Part shown: positions 29,311 through 37,505 of the stretch, in pieces
Layout: every line of letters starts with the position of its first letter
How positions within the stretch are numbered: position 1 is the stretch's first letter
Assembly: GCA_031281585.1 (NCBI GenBank)
Contig: JAITFE010000067.1
Span: 22,499-86,498, forward strand
From: Bifidobacteriaceae bacterium
GTDB lineage: Bacteria > Actinomycetota > Actinomycetes > Actinomycetales > WQXJ01
Reading direction: 5' to 3'
DNA length: 64,000 nt
Position numbers and translations under genes: made by a program
Notes under the pieces: generated by a model
What the model was told of the DNA's origin: nothing
What the model saw: the letters and a program-made list of their open reading frames with translations, nothing else
Database searches by the model: none

Positions 29311-30540
29311 GGCGTTTTCGCAGGTCAGGTGTCCGCCCATGCGGGTCATCAGGTGATCGGCCAGGTACAGGCCCAAGCCCGCCCCGGTCTTCCCGGCACC
29401 CGCCCGTCCCCGGTAGAACTTGCGGGTCAGGAGCGAGAGCTCCTCCGGGTCCGCGCCGGGGCCGCCGTCCGCCAGGGTCAGGACCAGCCAGCCCGCCTCG
29501 ATGCGCGCCGCCGGCCGGATGGGCGGCGCCCCGTACTTGTACGAGTTCGCGACAATGTTCCCCAGCGTTTGCGCCAGGCGCAGCGGGTCCGCTTTGACCA
29601 GGCAGTCCGGGAGCGCGGCGCCGTCCAGCCAACCCAGGTGGTCGGCCTCGGTCAGCATTTCGGCGACCTCCCGGGAGCCGATCTCGCGGGGGTTGACGGG
29701 CAAGACCTCTAGGTCCTGGAGGGCGCCGTCCAGCAGATTCGACGCGAGGGCGTCTATCTGGTCCGCCTTCGCGCCGATCACAGCCAGCCGCTTGGCCGCC
29801 TGTTCGTCACTGGTCTGGGCGGCCATGAGCTCCGCCACCGCTTTGATGGACGCGACCGGCGTCTTCATGTCGTGACCCAGGGAGGCCACCAGTTCCTTGC
29901 GGGCCCGGTCCTGGGCGCGTTCCCGCTCGCGGGCGTCGCTCAGCTCTCCGCGCATCAGGTCGAACGCCTCCGTGAACGCGCCGAAGGCGTTCGCCTTGTC
30001 CATCCTGAGCGGCGCGTCCAAGTCCCCGGCGGCCACCTGGCGGGCGAACGCCCGCATCTCGCGGAAGGGGCGCAACATGGTCCGGTGCGCTCGCCAAAGG
30101 AGGGCCAGGGCGGCGATCTCCAGGGCCGCCGCCAAGGCGACGAACGTCCACCGGAGGGCTTTGGCCTGGGCGGCCAGGGCGGCATCGTCGGCGGTGGCGA
30201 ACAAAACCTGGCCCGCCAAGCGGTCGCCGTCCAGCAGGTTGAGCACCGTGCCCCGGCGGTTGATAGCGGCGGCGACGGTGCCGGGGGCGTCGGGGCCGGT
30301 GGCGTCGAGCAAGCGGCCATCAGGGCCGACCACCGCGTACGGGGGAGTGCCCGGCGGGTTCGGCAACTCGTATCCAGCGGTACCCACGCGGCTGATCTCC
30401 CGTGTCAACTGGGCCGCGACGTCGTTGAGCGCGGGCAGGTCGGGGGTGGGGGGCTGGGGCGGCTTGATGAGCGCCCAGGCCAGCGCGGTCAACGCGGCCA
30501 CGGCCGCAGTCAACGCGACGGCGAGGCGGCGGGCGGTCAT
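29266..30540 (-). CDS. sensor histidine kinase (TM - extracytoplasmic domain - TM - HAMP - HisKA - HATPase)
   Basis: H box LVASLGHDMKTPVASIK and G boxes GGPGADPEEL / GAGLGLYLADHLM. The start was moved to ATG 30540 (MTARRLAVALTAAV...), which overlaps the RR stop as ATGA. Confidence 0.88.
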   Translation of the reverse strand: MTARRLAVALTAAVAALTALAWALIKPPQPPTPDLPALNDVAAQLTREISRVGTAGYELPNPPGTPPYAVVGPDGRLLDATGPDAPGTVAAAINRRGTVLNLLDGDRLAGQVLFATADDAALAAQAKALRWTFVALAAALEIAALALLWRAHRTMLRPFREMRAFARQVAAGDLDAPLRMDKANAFGAFTEAFDLMRGELSDARERERAQDRARKELVASLGHDMKTPVASIKAVAELMAAQTSDEQAAKRLAVIGAKADQIDALASNLLDGALQDLEVLPVNPREIGSREVAEMLTEADHLGWLDGAALPDCLVKADPLRLAQTLGNIVANSYKYGAPPIRPAARIEAGWLVLTLADGGPGADPEELSLLTRKFYRGRAGAGKTGAGLGLYLADHLMTRMGGHLTCENAEGSGFAVTLRLALA

Positions 30541-31415
30541 GCGGCGGCGCGGTCCGGGTCGAGCGCGTAGCCGACCCCCCAGGCGGTGGAGATCAGTTGG
30601 TCGTGGCCGGGGGCGGCGGCCGCCAGCTTGGCGCGCAGGCGGCGGATGTGGACGTTGAGGGCGCCCTCGCCAACCTGGGTGTGGCCCCACGCGGCCACGA
30701 AGAGCTCGCGTTTGGGCACCACCTGGCCGGGCGCGCGGGCCAGGCGCGCGAGCAGGGCGTACTCGATCGCGGTGAGGGCGATGGGGCCGGCCGGGCCGAA
30801 CGCCCGCTCCAGGTCGAATCGGAGTTGGATTTGGCCGCACCGGAACTCTTGCGACGCGTGGGCGTGGGCGGGGTCTGCGTGGGTCCGGTCTGCGTTGGCG
30901 AGGTCTGCGTTGGCGAACTCCATGGGGGAGAGGTCTGCGTTGGCGAACTCCATGGGGGAGAGGTCGGTGGGGGCGAGGTCTGGGCCGACGAGGTCTCCGG
31001 CCTGGCGGGCCGCTGGCCCCGCCGCGGGTGCCGCGCTCTGGCGGCTTCGGCGCAGCACCGCCTGGACCTTGGCGTGCAGGACCGCCAGGGAATAGGGCTT
31101 GGCGATGTAGTCGTCCCCGCCCACGCCGAGGCCCAACAGGATGTCGTCATCGCCGCCGCGGGCGGAGATGAACAGGATGGGGATGTCGGTCTCGCGGCGC
31201 AGCCGCCGGCACAGCGCGAACCCCGACTCGCCCTCCAAATTGATGTCCAGCAGGATCACGCCGACGTCGTTGTTGGCCAAGAGGGTCAGGGCGCCCGCCG
31301 AGTCCGGCGCCCAAGCGGCCGGGGTTCCCAACATGGTGAAGTACTCGACGGTGGCCTGCGAAAGCGCGGCCTCGTCGTCAATGATCAGGCAGTCAACGCG
31401 CTGGCGGCGGCTCAT
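30537..31415 (-). CDS. OmpR/PhoB-family response regulator with an unusually long repeat-containing linker
   Basis: Receiver domain CLIIDDE...VILLDINLEGESGF...FISARG. The wHTH domain carries LNVHIRRLRAKL...ISTAWGVGYAL. The start was moved to ATG 31415 (MSRRQRVD...). Confidence 0.88.
   Translation of the reverse strand: MSRRQRVDCLIIDDEAALSQATVEYFTMLGTPAAWAPDSAGALTLLANNDVGVILLDINLEGESGFALCRRLRRETDIPILFISARGGDDDILLGLGVGGDDYIAKPYSLAVLHAKVQAVLRRSRQSAAPAAGPAARQAGDLVGPDLAPTDLSPMEFANADLSPMEFANADLANADRTHADPAHAHASQEFRCGQIQLRFDLERAFGPAGPIALTAIEYALLARLARAPGQVVPKRELFVAAWGHTQVGEGALNVHIRRLRAKLAAAAPGHDQLISTAWGVGYALDPDRAAA
30900..30959. repeat. perfect 30-bp tandem duplication inside the response-regulator linker
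   Basis: gaggtctgcgttggcgaactccatggggga occurs twice in tandem and encodes DLSPMEFANA twice on the minus strand. It is flanked by shorter degenerate ggtctgcgt units. Confidence 0.95.
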
Positions 31416-31558
31416 AGGCGGTGTTCCGGACGCGACATGGCGGGCGGGCACGGTTCGCGCGCGGCGCTCGTCGCGGGCGACCCCCGACCGACGCGCGAGA
31501 CGCGGGCGTAGATCGTGGATTCCATCGGCTCAGACACGCGCCACCGCCTAACTTGGGA

Positions 31559-31866
31559 GTCGGGTAGTCCCAGACTAGCGCCGCCGAAAGCGAGTGTAGG
31601 TTCTCATCTGAAGCGGGACGGCGAATGTAGGTTCCTGTCTGGTCTGAACCGGCGAGTGTAGGGTTCCGTCTGGCTTAGCCGCCCGAGTGTACGATCCGAT
31701 CTGCGCGGCCTGCCCGAGCGTAGGATCCCATCTACTCCAAAGTGGACCGCGAGCCTCTGAACAGGCGCTACGCAAATGAGACCAAGACAGGAATCTACAT
31801 TCGACTCCTTGCGCCAGATGGAATCCGACAGTCGACGGCGAAGACCAGACAAGAACCTACGCTCGG
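31559..31866. repeat. phased array of a ~21-bp motif: six direct copies (31-bp period) facing three inverted copies (31-bp period)
   Basis: Motif cGAGyGTAGGwTCCnrTCTGG. GTAG cores on the plus strand are at 31564, 31596, 31627, 31658, 31689 and 31720. Reverse-complement copies have CTAC/CGAC cores at 31795, 31826 and 31857. Confidence 0.9.
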
Positions 31867-32295
31867 CTCCAAAAAGGCTCCAAAAGGCGCACAAAGGGCG
31901 ACATTCGAGGCCGAGCGCACCGCTGGGTCAACCCTTTCGTCTGGGCGGGCGTGAGGCCGCCAAGAAGCGACACCAGGTAGTGGTCGGCGATGAGCGCTTC
32001 GAGCACGTCCCCGAAGCGGGGATCGTCGCCGCACCGTTCCCGAATGGCTTTCACGGTGAGGCTCGCGGGTGCCGTCGCCGTGGTCGAGGATCTTGAAGGC
32101 CAGGTCCTTGTCGTCGGCGTAGTAAGGATCGATTCGGGTGACGAACTCGGTCACCGCGTGGCTCTGGTCGCGGTCGTCAACGAAAGCGTCAAAGGTGTGA
32201 CCGACCTCTTGCGCCGTGATGCGGTCGCGGCCCACGAAGTTGGCCGGGTCGAGTTCGGATCCGGGGTTGGGCTTGATGGGCCGCAGGCCGTCCAT
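31857..32295 (-). pseudogene. hypothetical gene, apparently frameshifted or truncated
   Basis: GGAGG lies 5 nt before ATG 32295 (MDGLRPIKPNPGSELDPANFVGRDR...KILDHGDG). Protein-like sequence continues in another frame from about 32050 (TVKAIRERCGDDPRFGDVLEALIADHYLVSLLGG...) and runs into the inverted repeat copies. No family recognised. Confidence 0.35.
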
Positions 32296-32332
32296 GGCTG
32301 CCTCCTGGCGCATGCCGATGCGAGGGCGAGAT

Positions 32333-32380
32333 TTATACTCGCCAGTTCGAGTACAAATAGACTCGAAATGGCGAGTATAA
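32333..32380. promoter_or_regulatory. 48-bp inverted repeat (20-bp arms, 1 mismatch, 8-nt loop) in an AT-rich promoter region
   Basis: ttatactcgccagttcgagt - acaaatag - actcgaaatggcgagtataa. A third half-site, ggcgagattta, lies at 32325. It contains a TATAAA -10-like element for the minus-strand gene starting at 32295. Confidence 0.7.
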
Positions 32381-32433
32381 CCAGCGATCCGATGAACGCC
32401 CTGGTCAAGTGGGTATAGGGACGCCTCCGCCGT

Positions 32434-33816
32434 CTAATCGCCAGGCATCAGTTCCCTGATCGTCTCGCGCTCCCCGAAGGTGTAGACCGCGAACAGCCGG
32501 CTCTCTGTCCAGCGGTACCAGACCGAGTCCGCTCCGGCCAGGGCCGGGCTGGTGTCGATCGACCAGAGTTCCTCCAGGCCGTCAAGGGCGTAGGCGGTCA
32601 GTTCACGGCGGTCGCCGTCCCAGGGCTGGAGGTAGACGGTGGCGGATCCGGCGCCGACAAAGCTGAAGCTTGGGGGAAGGGTCATGCGGGCCAGTTCCCG
32701 TCCTGAGCGCAGCTTGCGTGTCGTCATGTGCTGGCCGCGCAGGATCAGGGCGGCGTCCCCGCGAACCGCGCCGATTCTGCCGGCGCCCGTCCACAGGGCG
32801 GTGCCCGTCGCCAGGTCGCGGGCCCACAGCAGGCCGGATCGCTCCCGCACTGTGGGTCCCACCAGGAGGGTGCGTCCGCGGGTCTCAAGCGCTAGGTCCC
32901 CCTGCGCGCTGGCCGCCGCGGATTCCCACAACGGAGCGCCGGTCGCCGGATCGACCAGCATGACGGGGCCGTCCTCGCCCACTCGGCGCAGGACCAGATC
33001 CCCAGGCCCGTGGACTAGGGAGAAAGTGACTCCGGGGTTGAACGGGCCGACGCGCAGTTCGGTGGGTTGGCCGGTGTCCACGTCGACGACTTGGTCGTTC
33101 GGCGCGGTCCAATAGGTGCCCGTCCACGAGTTGTGGGTTCTGGTCGACAGCGAGTCGGAATAGGCGTGGGCCCGCCACAGCGGACGGCCGAGGTCCGTGG
33201 CGTCATAAGCGGCCTGATGCTCTTCGCCCAGCGTGCTGGACCAGACCAACACCACGCCGGTGCCCAAGCCCACCATTTCGCCGCCGATGTCCGACGTCTT
33301 TGACAGAACCTCTCCCGAGGCCCCGATCGTCGCGGCCGGATAGCGGAAACCGCCGTCATCGATCTTGACGGCGTACACCGCGATCAACCCGTCGGGGTCC
33401 AGCAGCACCTCTGGGATGTACGCGTCGGAGAATTCCTCGCCCAAGGACTTGTCGACGTCGATCAGCCATGAGGGTTCGCCGGAGTCCAGGTCGAACGCCA
33501 CGAGCCTGGCGGGCGGGTCAGCCTGGGGACTGCCAGGCTCGTCGGCCAACTGCACCGCCACGTCGCTCGTGGCGACCACCAGCCCGGTCTGTTCGCCCAG
33601 GAACCCCCGAAACTCGACGGCGGCAAAGTCGCCGCCGGCCAGCTCCGCCAAGTCGATCGCGTCGCCCCACACGGGCTGGGCCGCGAAGTCCGGCAGTTGG
33701 CCGGGCGTGTAGTTGTCGCTCTTGTGCGGCAGCGACGGCCATACGAAGACGGCCGCCACCGCCAAAATGGCCAGGGCGGAACCCGGTGGACGATGCCGCC
33801 ACACCGCTCCCAGCAC
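32434..33816 (-). CDS. membrane-anchored PQQ-like beta-propeller repeat protein (paralog 1)
   Basis: 460 aa with an N-terminal TM (ALAILAVAAVFVW) and recurring D..tG...W strand motifs (DLDSGEPSW, DPATGAPLW, DLATGTALW). Confidence 0.75.
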   Translation of the reverse strand: MLGAVWRHRPPGSALAILAVAAVFVWPSLPHKSDNYTPGQLPDFAAQPVWGDAIDLAELAGGDFAAVEFRGFLGEQTGLVVATSDVAVQLADEPGSPQADPPARLVAFDLDSGEPSWLIDVDKSLGEEFSDAYIPEVLLDPDGLIAVYAVKIDDGGFRYPAATIGASGEVLSKTSDIGGEMVGLGTGVVLVWSSTLGEEHQAAYDATDLGRPLWRAHAYSDSLSTRTHNSWTGTYWTAPNDQVVDVDTGQPTELRVGPFNPGVTFSLVHGPGDLVLRRVGEDGPVMLVDPATGAPLWESAAASAQGDLALETRGRTLLVGPTVRERSGLLWARDLATGTALWTGAGRIGAVRGDAALILRGQHMTTRKLRSGRELARMTLPPSFSFVGAGSATVYLQPWDGDRRELTAYALDGLEELWSIDTSPALAGADSVWYRWTESRLFAVYTFGERETIRELMPGD

Positions 33817-33937
33817 CGACTCACCTCCCGTCCGGCCCGTTCAGGCGCACGGACCGGTCTTCGACAATACCGGCCTCCACCGCCCGGCGCCCCGCTGAAG
33901 TTGCGGATACCGGAACGGAGAAACCTCCCAAGCGGAC

Positions 33938-35305
33938 CTATCCGGCCGGAACCAGTTGGCGGATGACATGGTCGTGATCGGAGGAGAACTCCGCGAACAG
34001 CCGGTTGTCGGTCCAGCGGTACCAGATCCAATGGTCGCTGGCTTGGACGGCGGAGTCGAGCGACCAGAGTTTGTTCAGGCCGTCAAGGGAGTAGGCGGCA
34101 AGTTCGCGGCGGTCGTCCCCAATCACTTGGATGTACACCGTCTTGGCACCCACGCCGACCAGGCGGTAGCGGCCGGTTATGCGGGTGTGGGCGAACTGCC
34201 GCCCGGTGCGCAGGTCTCGGGTGGCTATGCTCGAACCGTTGAGGATCAGGGCGGTTCGGCCGCGAACCGCACCCACAGTCCCGGTGGCGGTCCACAAGCC
34301 CCGGCCGGTGGCCGCGTCCCGGGCCCAGATCGTGTCCGCCGCGTCGGCCGTTGTCGGGCCTGTCAGCAAAGTGTCCTCCCGGACCTCGAGCCGCTGATCG
34401 GGGTTGAGATCCTCCACGGGCGACCCCCACAAAGGCTCGCCGGTTTGCGGATCGACCCGCATGGCCTTGCCGTCTCGCCCCTCCCACCGCAAGACCAGGT
34501 CGTAGGGGCCGTTGGCCAGGAGATGGGCCCCGCCCGCAAGGTTGCGGCGCAGCGCAGTCGGTTGGCCGGTGTCCACGCTGATCACGCGGGCTTCCGGCGC
34601 GGTCCAGTAGGTCCCGGTCCACAGGTTGAAAGTGGTGGTGTCAAGCGAGTCCGGAAGGGCGTACGCCTCCCAAACCGGCTGGCTCAGGTCTTCGGCCCGG
34701 TAGGCGGATTGGCGCTCATATCCGGGCGTGTTGTCCCAGATCAACAGCACTCCGGTGCCCAACCCGAGCAGTTGGCCGCCAATGTCGTCCGTCACCGACA
34801 TGACCTCGCCCTGGGCCCCGATCGTCGCGGTCGGATGGGACTGGCCGCCGCCGGACTCGCCGAAGGCGGAGACGGCGACCATGCCCCTGGGGTCCACCAT
34901 GAAGTCGCCGAACGTGGCCGAGGCGAATCCTTGGCTGAGCGATCCGTCTATGTCGACCTGCCACCGGCGTTCGCCGGAGTCCGGGTCGAACCCGGCGACG
35001 GCGGCGATGGGCGCGTCGGCGCGAGGGGGTTCGCCTTCTTCAAGCGCCCAGTCGTTCTGGGCCAACACCAGGCCGGTGTGGTCGCCCAGGAAGCCTTTGA
35101 AGTCCACGGAGTCGAATTCGCCGTCCACCAACCCCGCCAGGTCGATGGCGGCGCCCCAGGTCGGCTTGGCCGGCAGGTCTGGCGGCTGCCGGGGCCCGCT
35201 CGCGTCGACTTGGGGCGGGTGCGGGGGGAGGAGCACAATCGCGGCGGCGATCAGCAAGAACAGCGACGCCCCCGGTGGACGATGCCGCCACAACGATCCC
35301 AGCAC
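33938..35305 (-). CDS. membrane-anchored PQQ-like beta-propeller repeat protein (paralog 2)
   Basis: 455 aa, colinear with the neighbour along its full length (roughly half the residues identical by eye). Both share the N-terminus ML.GxxWRHRPPG. Confidence 0.75.
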   Translation of the reverse strand: MLGSLWRHRPPGASLFLLIAAAIVLLPPHPPQVDASGPRQPPDLPAKPTWGAAIDLAGLVDGEFDSVDFKGFLGDHTGLVLAQNDWALEEGEPPRADAPIAAVAGFDPDSGERRWQVDIDGSLSQGFASATFGDFMVDPRGMVAVSAFGESGGGQSHPTATIGAQGEVMSVTDDIGGQLLGLGTGVLLIWDNTPGYERQSAYRAEDLSQPVWEAYALPDSLDTTTFNLWTGTYWTAPEARVISVDTGQPTALRRNLAGGAHLLANGPYDLVLRWEGRDGKAMRVDPQTGEPLWGSPVEDLNPDQRLEVREDTLLTGPTTADAADTIWARDAATGRGLWTATGTVGAVRGRTALILNGSSIATRDLRTGRQFAHTRITGRYRLVGVGAKTVYIQVIGDDRRELAAYSLDGLNKLWSLDSAVQASDHWIWYRWTDNRLFAEFSSDHDHVIRQLVPAG

Positions 35306-35597
35306 CCGCTCGCCTCCCGCCCGCTTTGGTTTGGGCCGCCAAAGCCCATCCCCGACAATACCGGGCTGGTGGCAGCGCTCGGGTCGCCAGGCGAAGCCCG
35401 CGATTGGGGCACGCCGCCGGTTCCGTGTTAGGTTGACAACGAGGCGCGGATGGAAACCGGTCCATCCGAACCCGGCGTCAGTCCCCCTTGGCGTGGCGCA
35501 CCGGACCTCAACGGCTCAGACCTCGCCACTGAGGAAGAAGACAGTGTTTAACTGCCTTGTGAAGGCCCCGGCGGTGGTACGCGGGAATTGGGCCGGG

Positions 35598-35987
35598 TCA
35601 ACGCGTGCCCGGATCCAGCAGCATGTTTGTGATTCGAACGGTCGCGATCAGGCGGCCCGAATCGTCCTCGACCGTCACCTCGTGGCTGGTCAGGTGTTCT
35701 CCCAAATGCAAAGGGCGGGCGGTGCCGGTGACATGGCCATCGCGAACGCCCAGGTAATGGGTGGTGTTCACGTCCACGCCCACGGCGATCCGCCCTTGTC
35801 CGGCTGCGTGCGCGGTGGCCGCCAAAGAGCCGAGGGTTTCCCCCAAGGCCGCCGTGGCGCCGCCGTGGAGGCGGCCGAACGGCTGGCGGTTCCCCGCGAC
35901 CGGCATGCGGCCAACGAAATGGTCGGGCGAGGGGTCGATTATCTCAATGCCGAGTTTGGACGCCAATTCTCCGAGTTTCAACTCCAC
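35598..35987 (-). CDS. PaaI-family hotdog-fold thioesterase
   Basis: 129 aa with the signature NRQPFGRLHGGATAALGETLGS. Confidence 0.85.
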   Translation of the reverse strand: MELKLGELASKLGIEIIDPSPDHFVGRMPVAGNRQPFGRLHGGATAALGETLGSLAATAHAAGQGRIAVGVDVNTTHYLGVRDGHVTGTARPLHLGEHLTSHEVTVEDDSGRLIATVRITNMLLDPGTR

Positions 35988-36004
35988 GCCCGAAAGGATA
36001 TGCG

Positions 36005-37495
36005 ATGACCAGCTTCAGTTATGTCGGGGGCGACTGGGTGGCCACGAGCGGCGATTCGGCTGATCCGCTGGTCCCCGCCGCGCTCAGGTTCGCGCGCCGC
36101 GCCGGTGTGCCGGGGATGACGCGGTTGACCTTTCACGAACGCGCCCGGATTCTGTTGAAATTGGCGGATCACCTGCAGGCCAATTCGGAAAGCCTGTATC
36201 GCCTCAGCATTCGGGTGGGCGCCACCCGGCGGGACGCGGTGGGCGACTTGGCCGCCGCTCTGGGCGTGATGCGGGGTTTGGCCGACGCGACGCTGGCGGA
36301 CTTGCCGGACGCGACCATCGCGCCGGACGGCCCGGCCGTGGCGCTTGGGCGCGATTCGGACCTGACCGCCCGCCACCTGTACGTGTCGCCGCGGGGTGTC
36401 GGGGTGATTGTCAACGCCAGCAGCTACTTCCGTTGGAGTTCGACAGCCCGCCTGACGCCGGCGTTCCTGGCTGGTGTCCCGATCATTGTCAAGCCGGCGG
36501 TGGCGACCGCGCCGGTCGCCACCGAGATCATCCGGCTGTTGGTGGAGGCCCGGCTGGCGCCATCCGGTTCGCTGCAATTGCTGAACGGGAACATTGAGAC
36601 GTATTGGGATCACCTCAAACTGGGGGACCGGGTCTGCTTCACCGGCTCGGGGCGGGCTGCGCTCAAGCTGTCGCAGCAGCCAAAGGTCGCCTCCGGCCGG
36701 GTCAAGCTCATCACGGGGACCATGTGCGTCAACGCGGCCGTTCTGGGGCCGGACGAGGCCCCGGGGTCCAGGGGTTTCGAGGCCCTGGTGCGTTGCGTGG
36801 CCCACGAGATGACCACCCATGCGGGCCAGACCGGCACGGCGATTCGCCGGGTGTTGGTGCCGCGTCCGCGGGTGAACCAGTTCGCGGACGCGCTCAGCCG
36901 CTACCTTGACCGGACCGCCAAGGTGGGCGATCCGGCCGATCCGACAACCACCGTGGGCCCGTTGATGGATCACAGCCAACTGCGCCATCTGCGCCGCCAG
37001 GTCAAAGAATTGGTGACGTTCGGCGGCCGGATTGTCCGGGGCGGCGCCAAACCCCGGCACTTGAACGGCCCGTATTTCGAGCCCACGGTTCTGGTGTTCG
37101 ACCAGCCGACGCCGGTCCTTTGCGACGTGGAGCCGTTTGGGCCGGTCGTGTCGATAGCCGGCTACGGGTCCATAGGCGGCGCTGTGCGCCTGGCCAACGA
37201 CGGGGGCAGTTCGCTGGTCATCACCTTGGCCAGCCGCGACGAAGAGTTCCTGGCTGAGGTGGCCCACGGCGTGGCGCCGTATCATGCGCGGGTGCGCTTG
37301 CTCTGCCCGACTGCGCCGACCGGCGAGGCGGGCGAGGAGGCGAAGCCGAAGGCCGGGTTCGGCTGGCTGAAGCGGCCCGAGGAGCTTTCAGGGGTCAGGG
37401 CGATTCACCAATGGCTGCATCAGGTGACGGTTGAGGGCCCTTGGGCGGCGGTCGATCAGTTGACCCATGCCGGAGCATTGGCCCACGCCAAGTAG
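36005..37495 (+). CDS. PaaZ-N-terminal-like aldehyde dehydrogenase family protein lacking both catalytic residues
   Basis: 496 aa, colinear with the ALDH domain of PaaZ / 3,4-dehydroadipyl-CoA semialdehyde dehydrogenase (FTGS..., EMTTHAGQTGTAIRRVLVP). See the finding on Cys and Glu loss. Confidence 0.8.
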   Translation: MTSFSYVGGDWVATSGDSADPLVPAALRFARRAGVPGMTRLTFHERARILLKLADHLQANSESLYRLSIRVGATRRDAVGDLAAALGVMRGLADATLADLPDATIAPDGPAVALGRDSDLTARHLYVSPRGVGVIVNASSYFRWSSTARLTPAFLAGVPIIVKPAVATAPVATEIIRLLVEARLAPSGSLQLLNGNIETYWDHLKLGDRVCFTGSGRAALKLSQQPKVASGRVKLITGTMCVNAAVLGPDEAPGSRGFEALVRCVAHEMTTHAGQTGTAIRRVLVPRPRVNQFADALSRYLDRTAKVGDPADPTTTVGPLMDHSQLRHLRRQVKELVTFGGRIVRGGAKPRHLNGPYFEPTVLVFDQPTPVLCDVEPFGPVVSIAGYGSIGGAVRLANDGGSSLVITLASRDEEFLAEVAHGVAPYHARVRLLCPTAPTGEAGEEAKPKAGFGWLKRPEELSGVRAIHQWLHQVTVEGPWAAVDQLTHAGALAHAK

Positions 37496-37505
37496 TCTTG
37501 GGGGC

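Noticed and set aside
31753-31910. Extra degenerate copies of the 21-bp motif (about 31753-31773 and 31889-31906).
   Set aside because: They are out of the 31-bp phase and match less than 60% of the motif, so they were not counted in the array.
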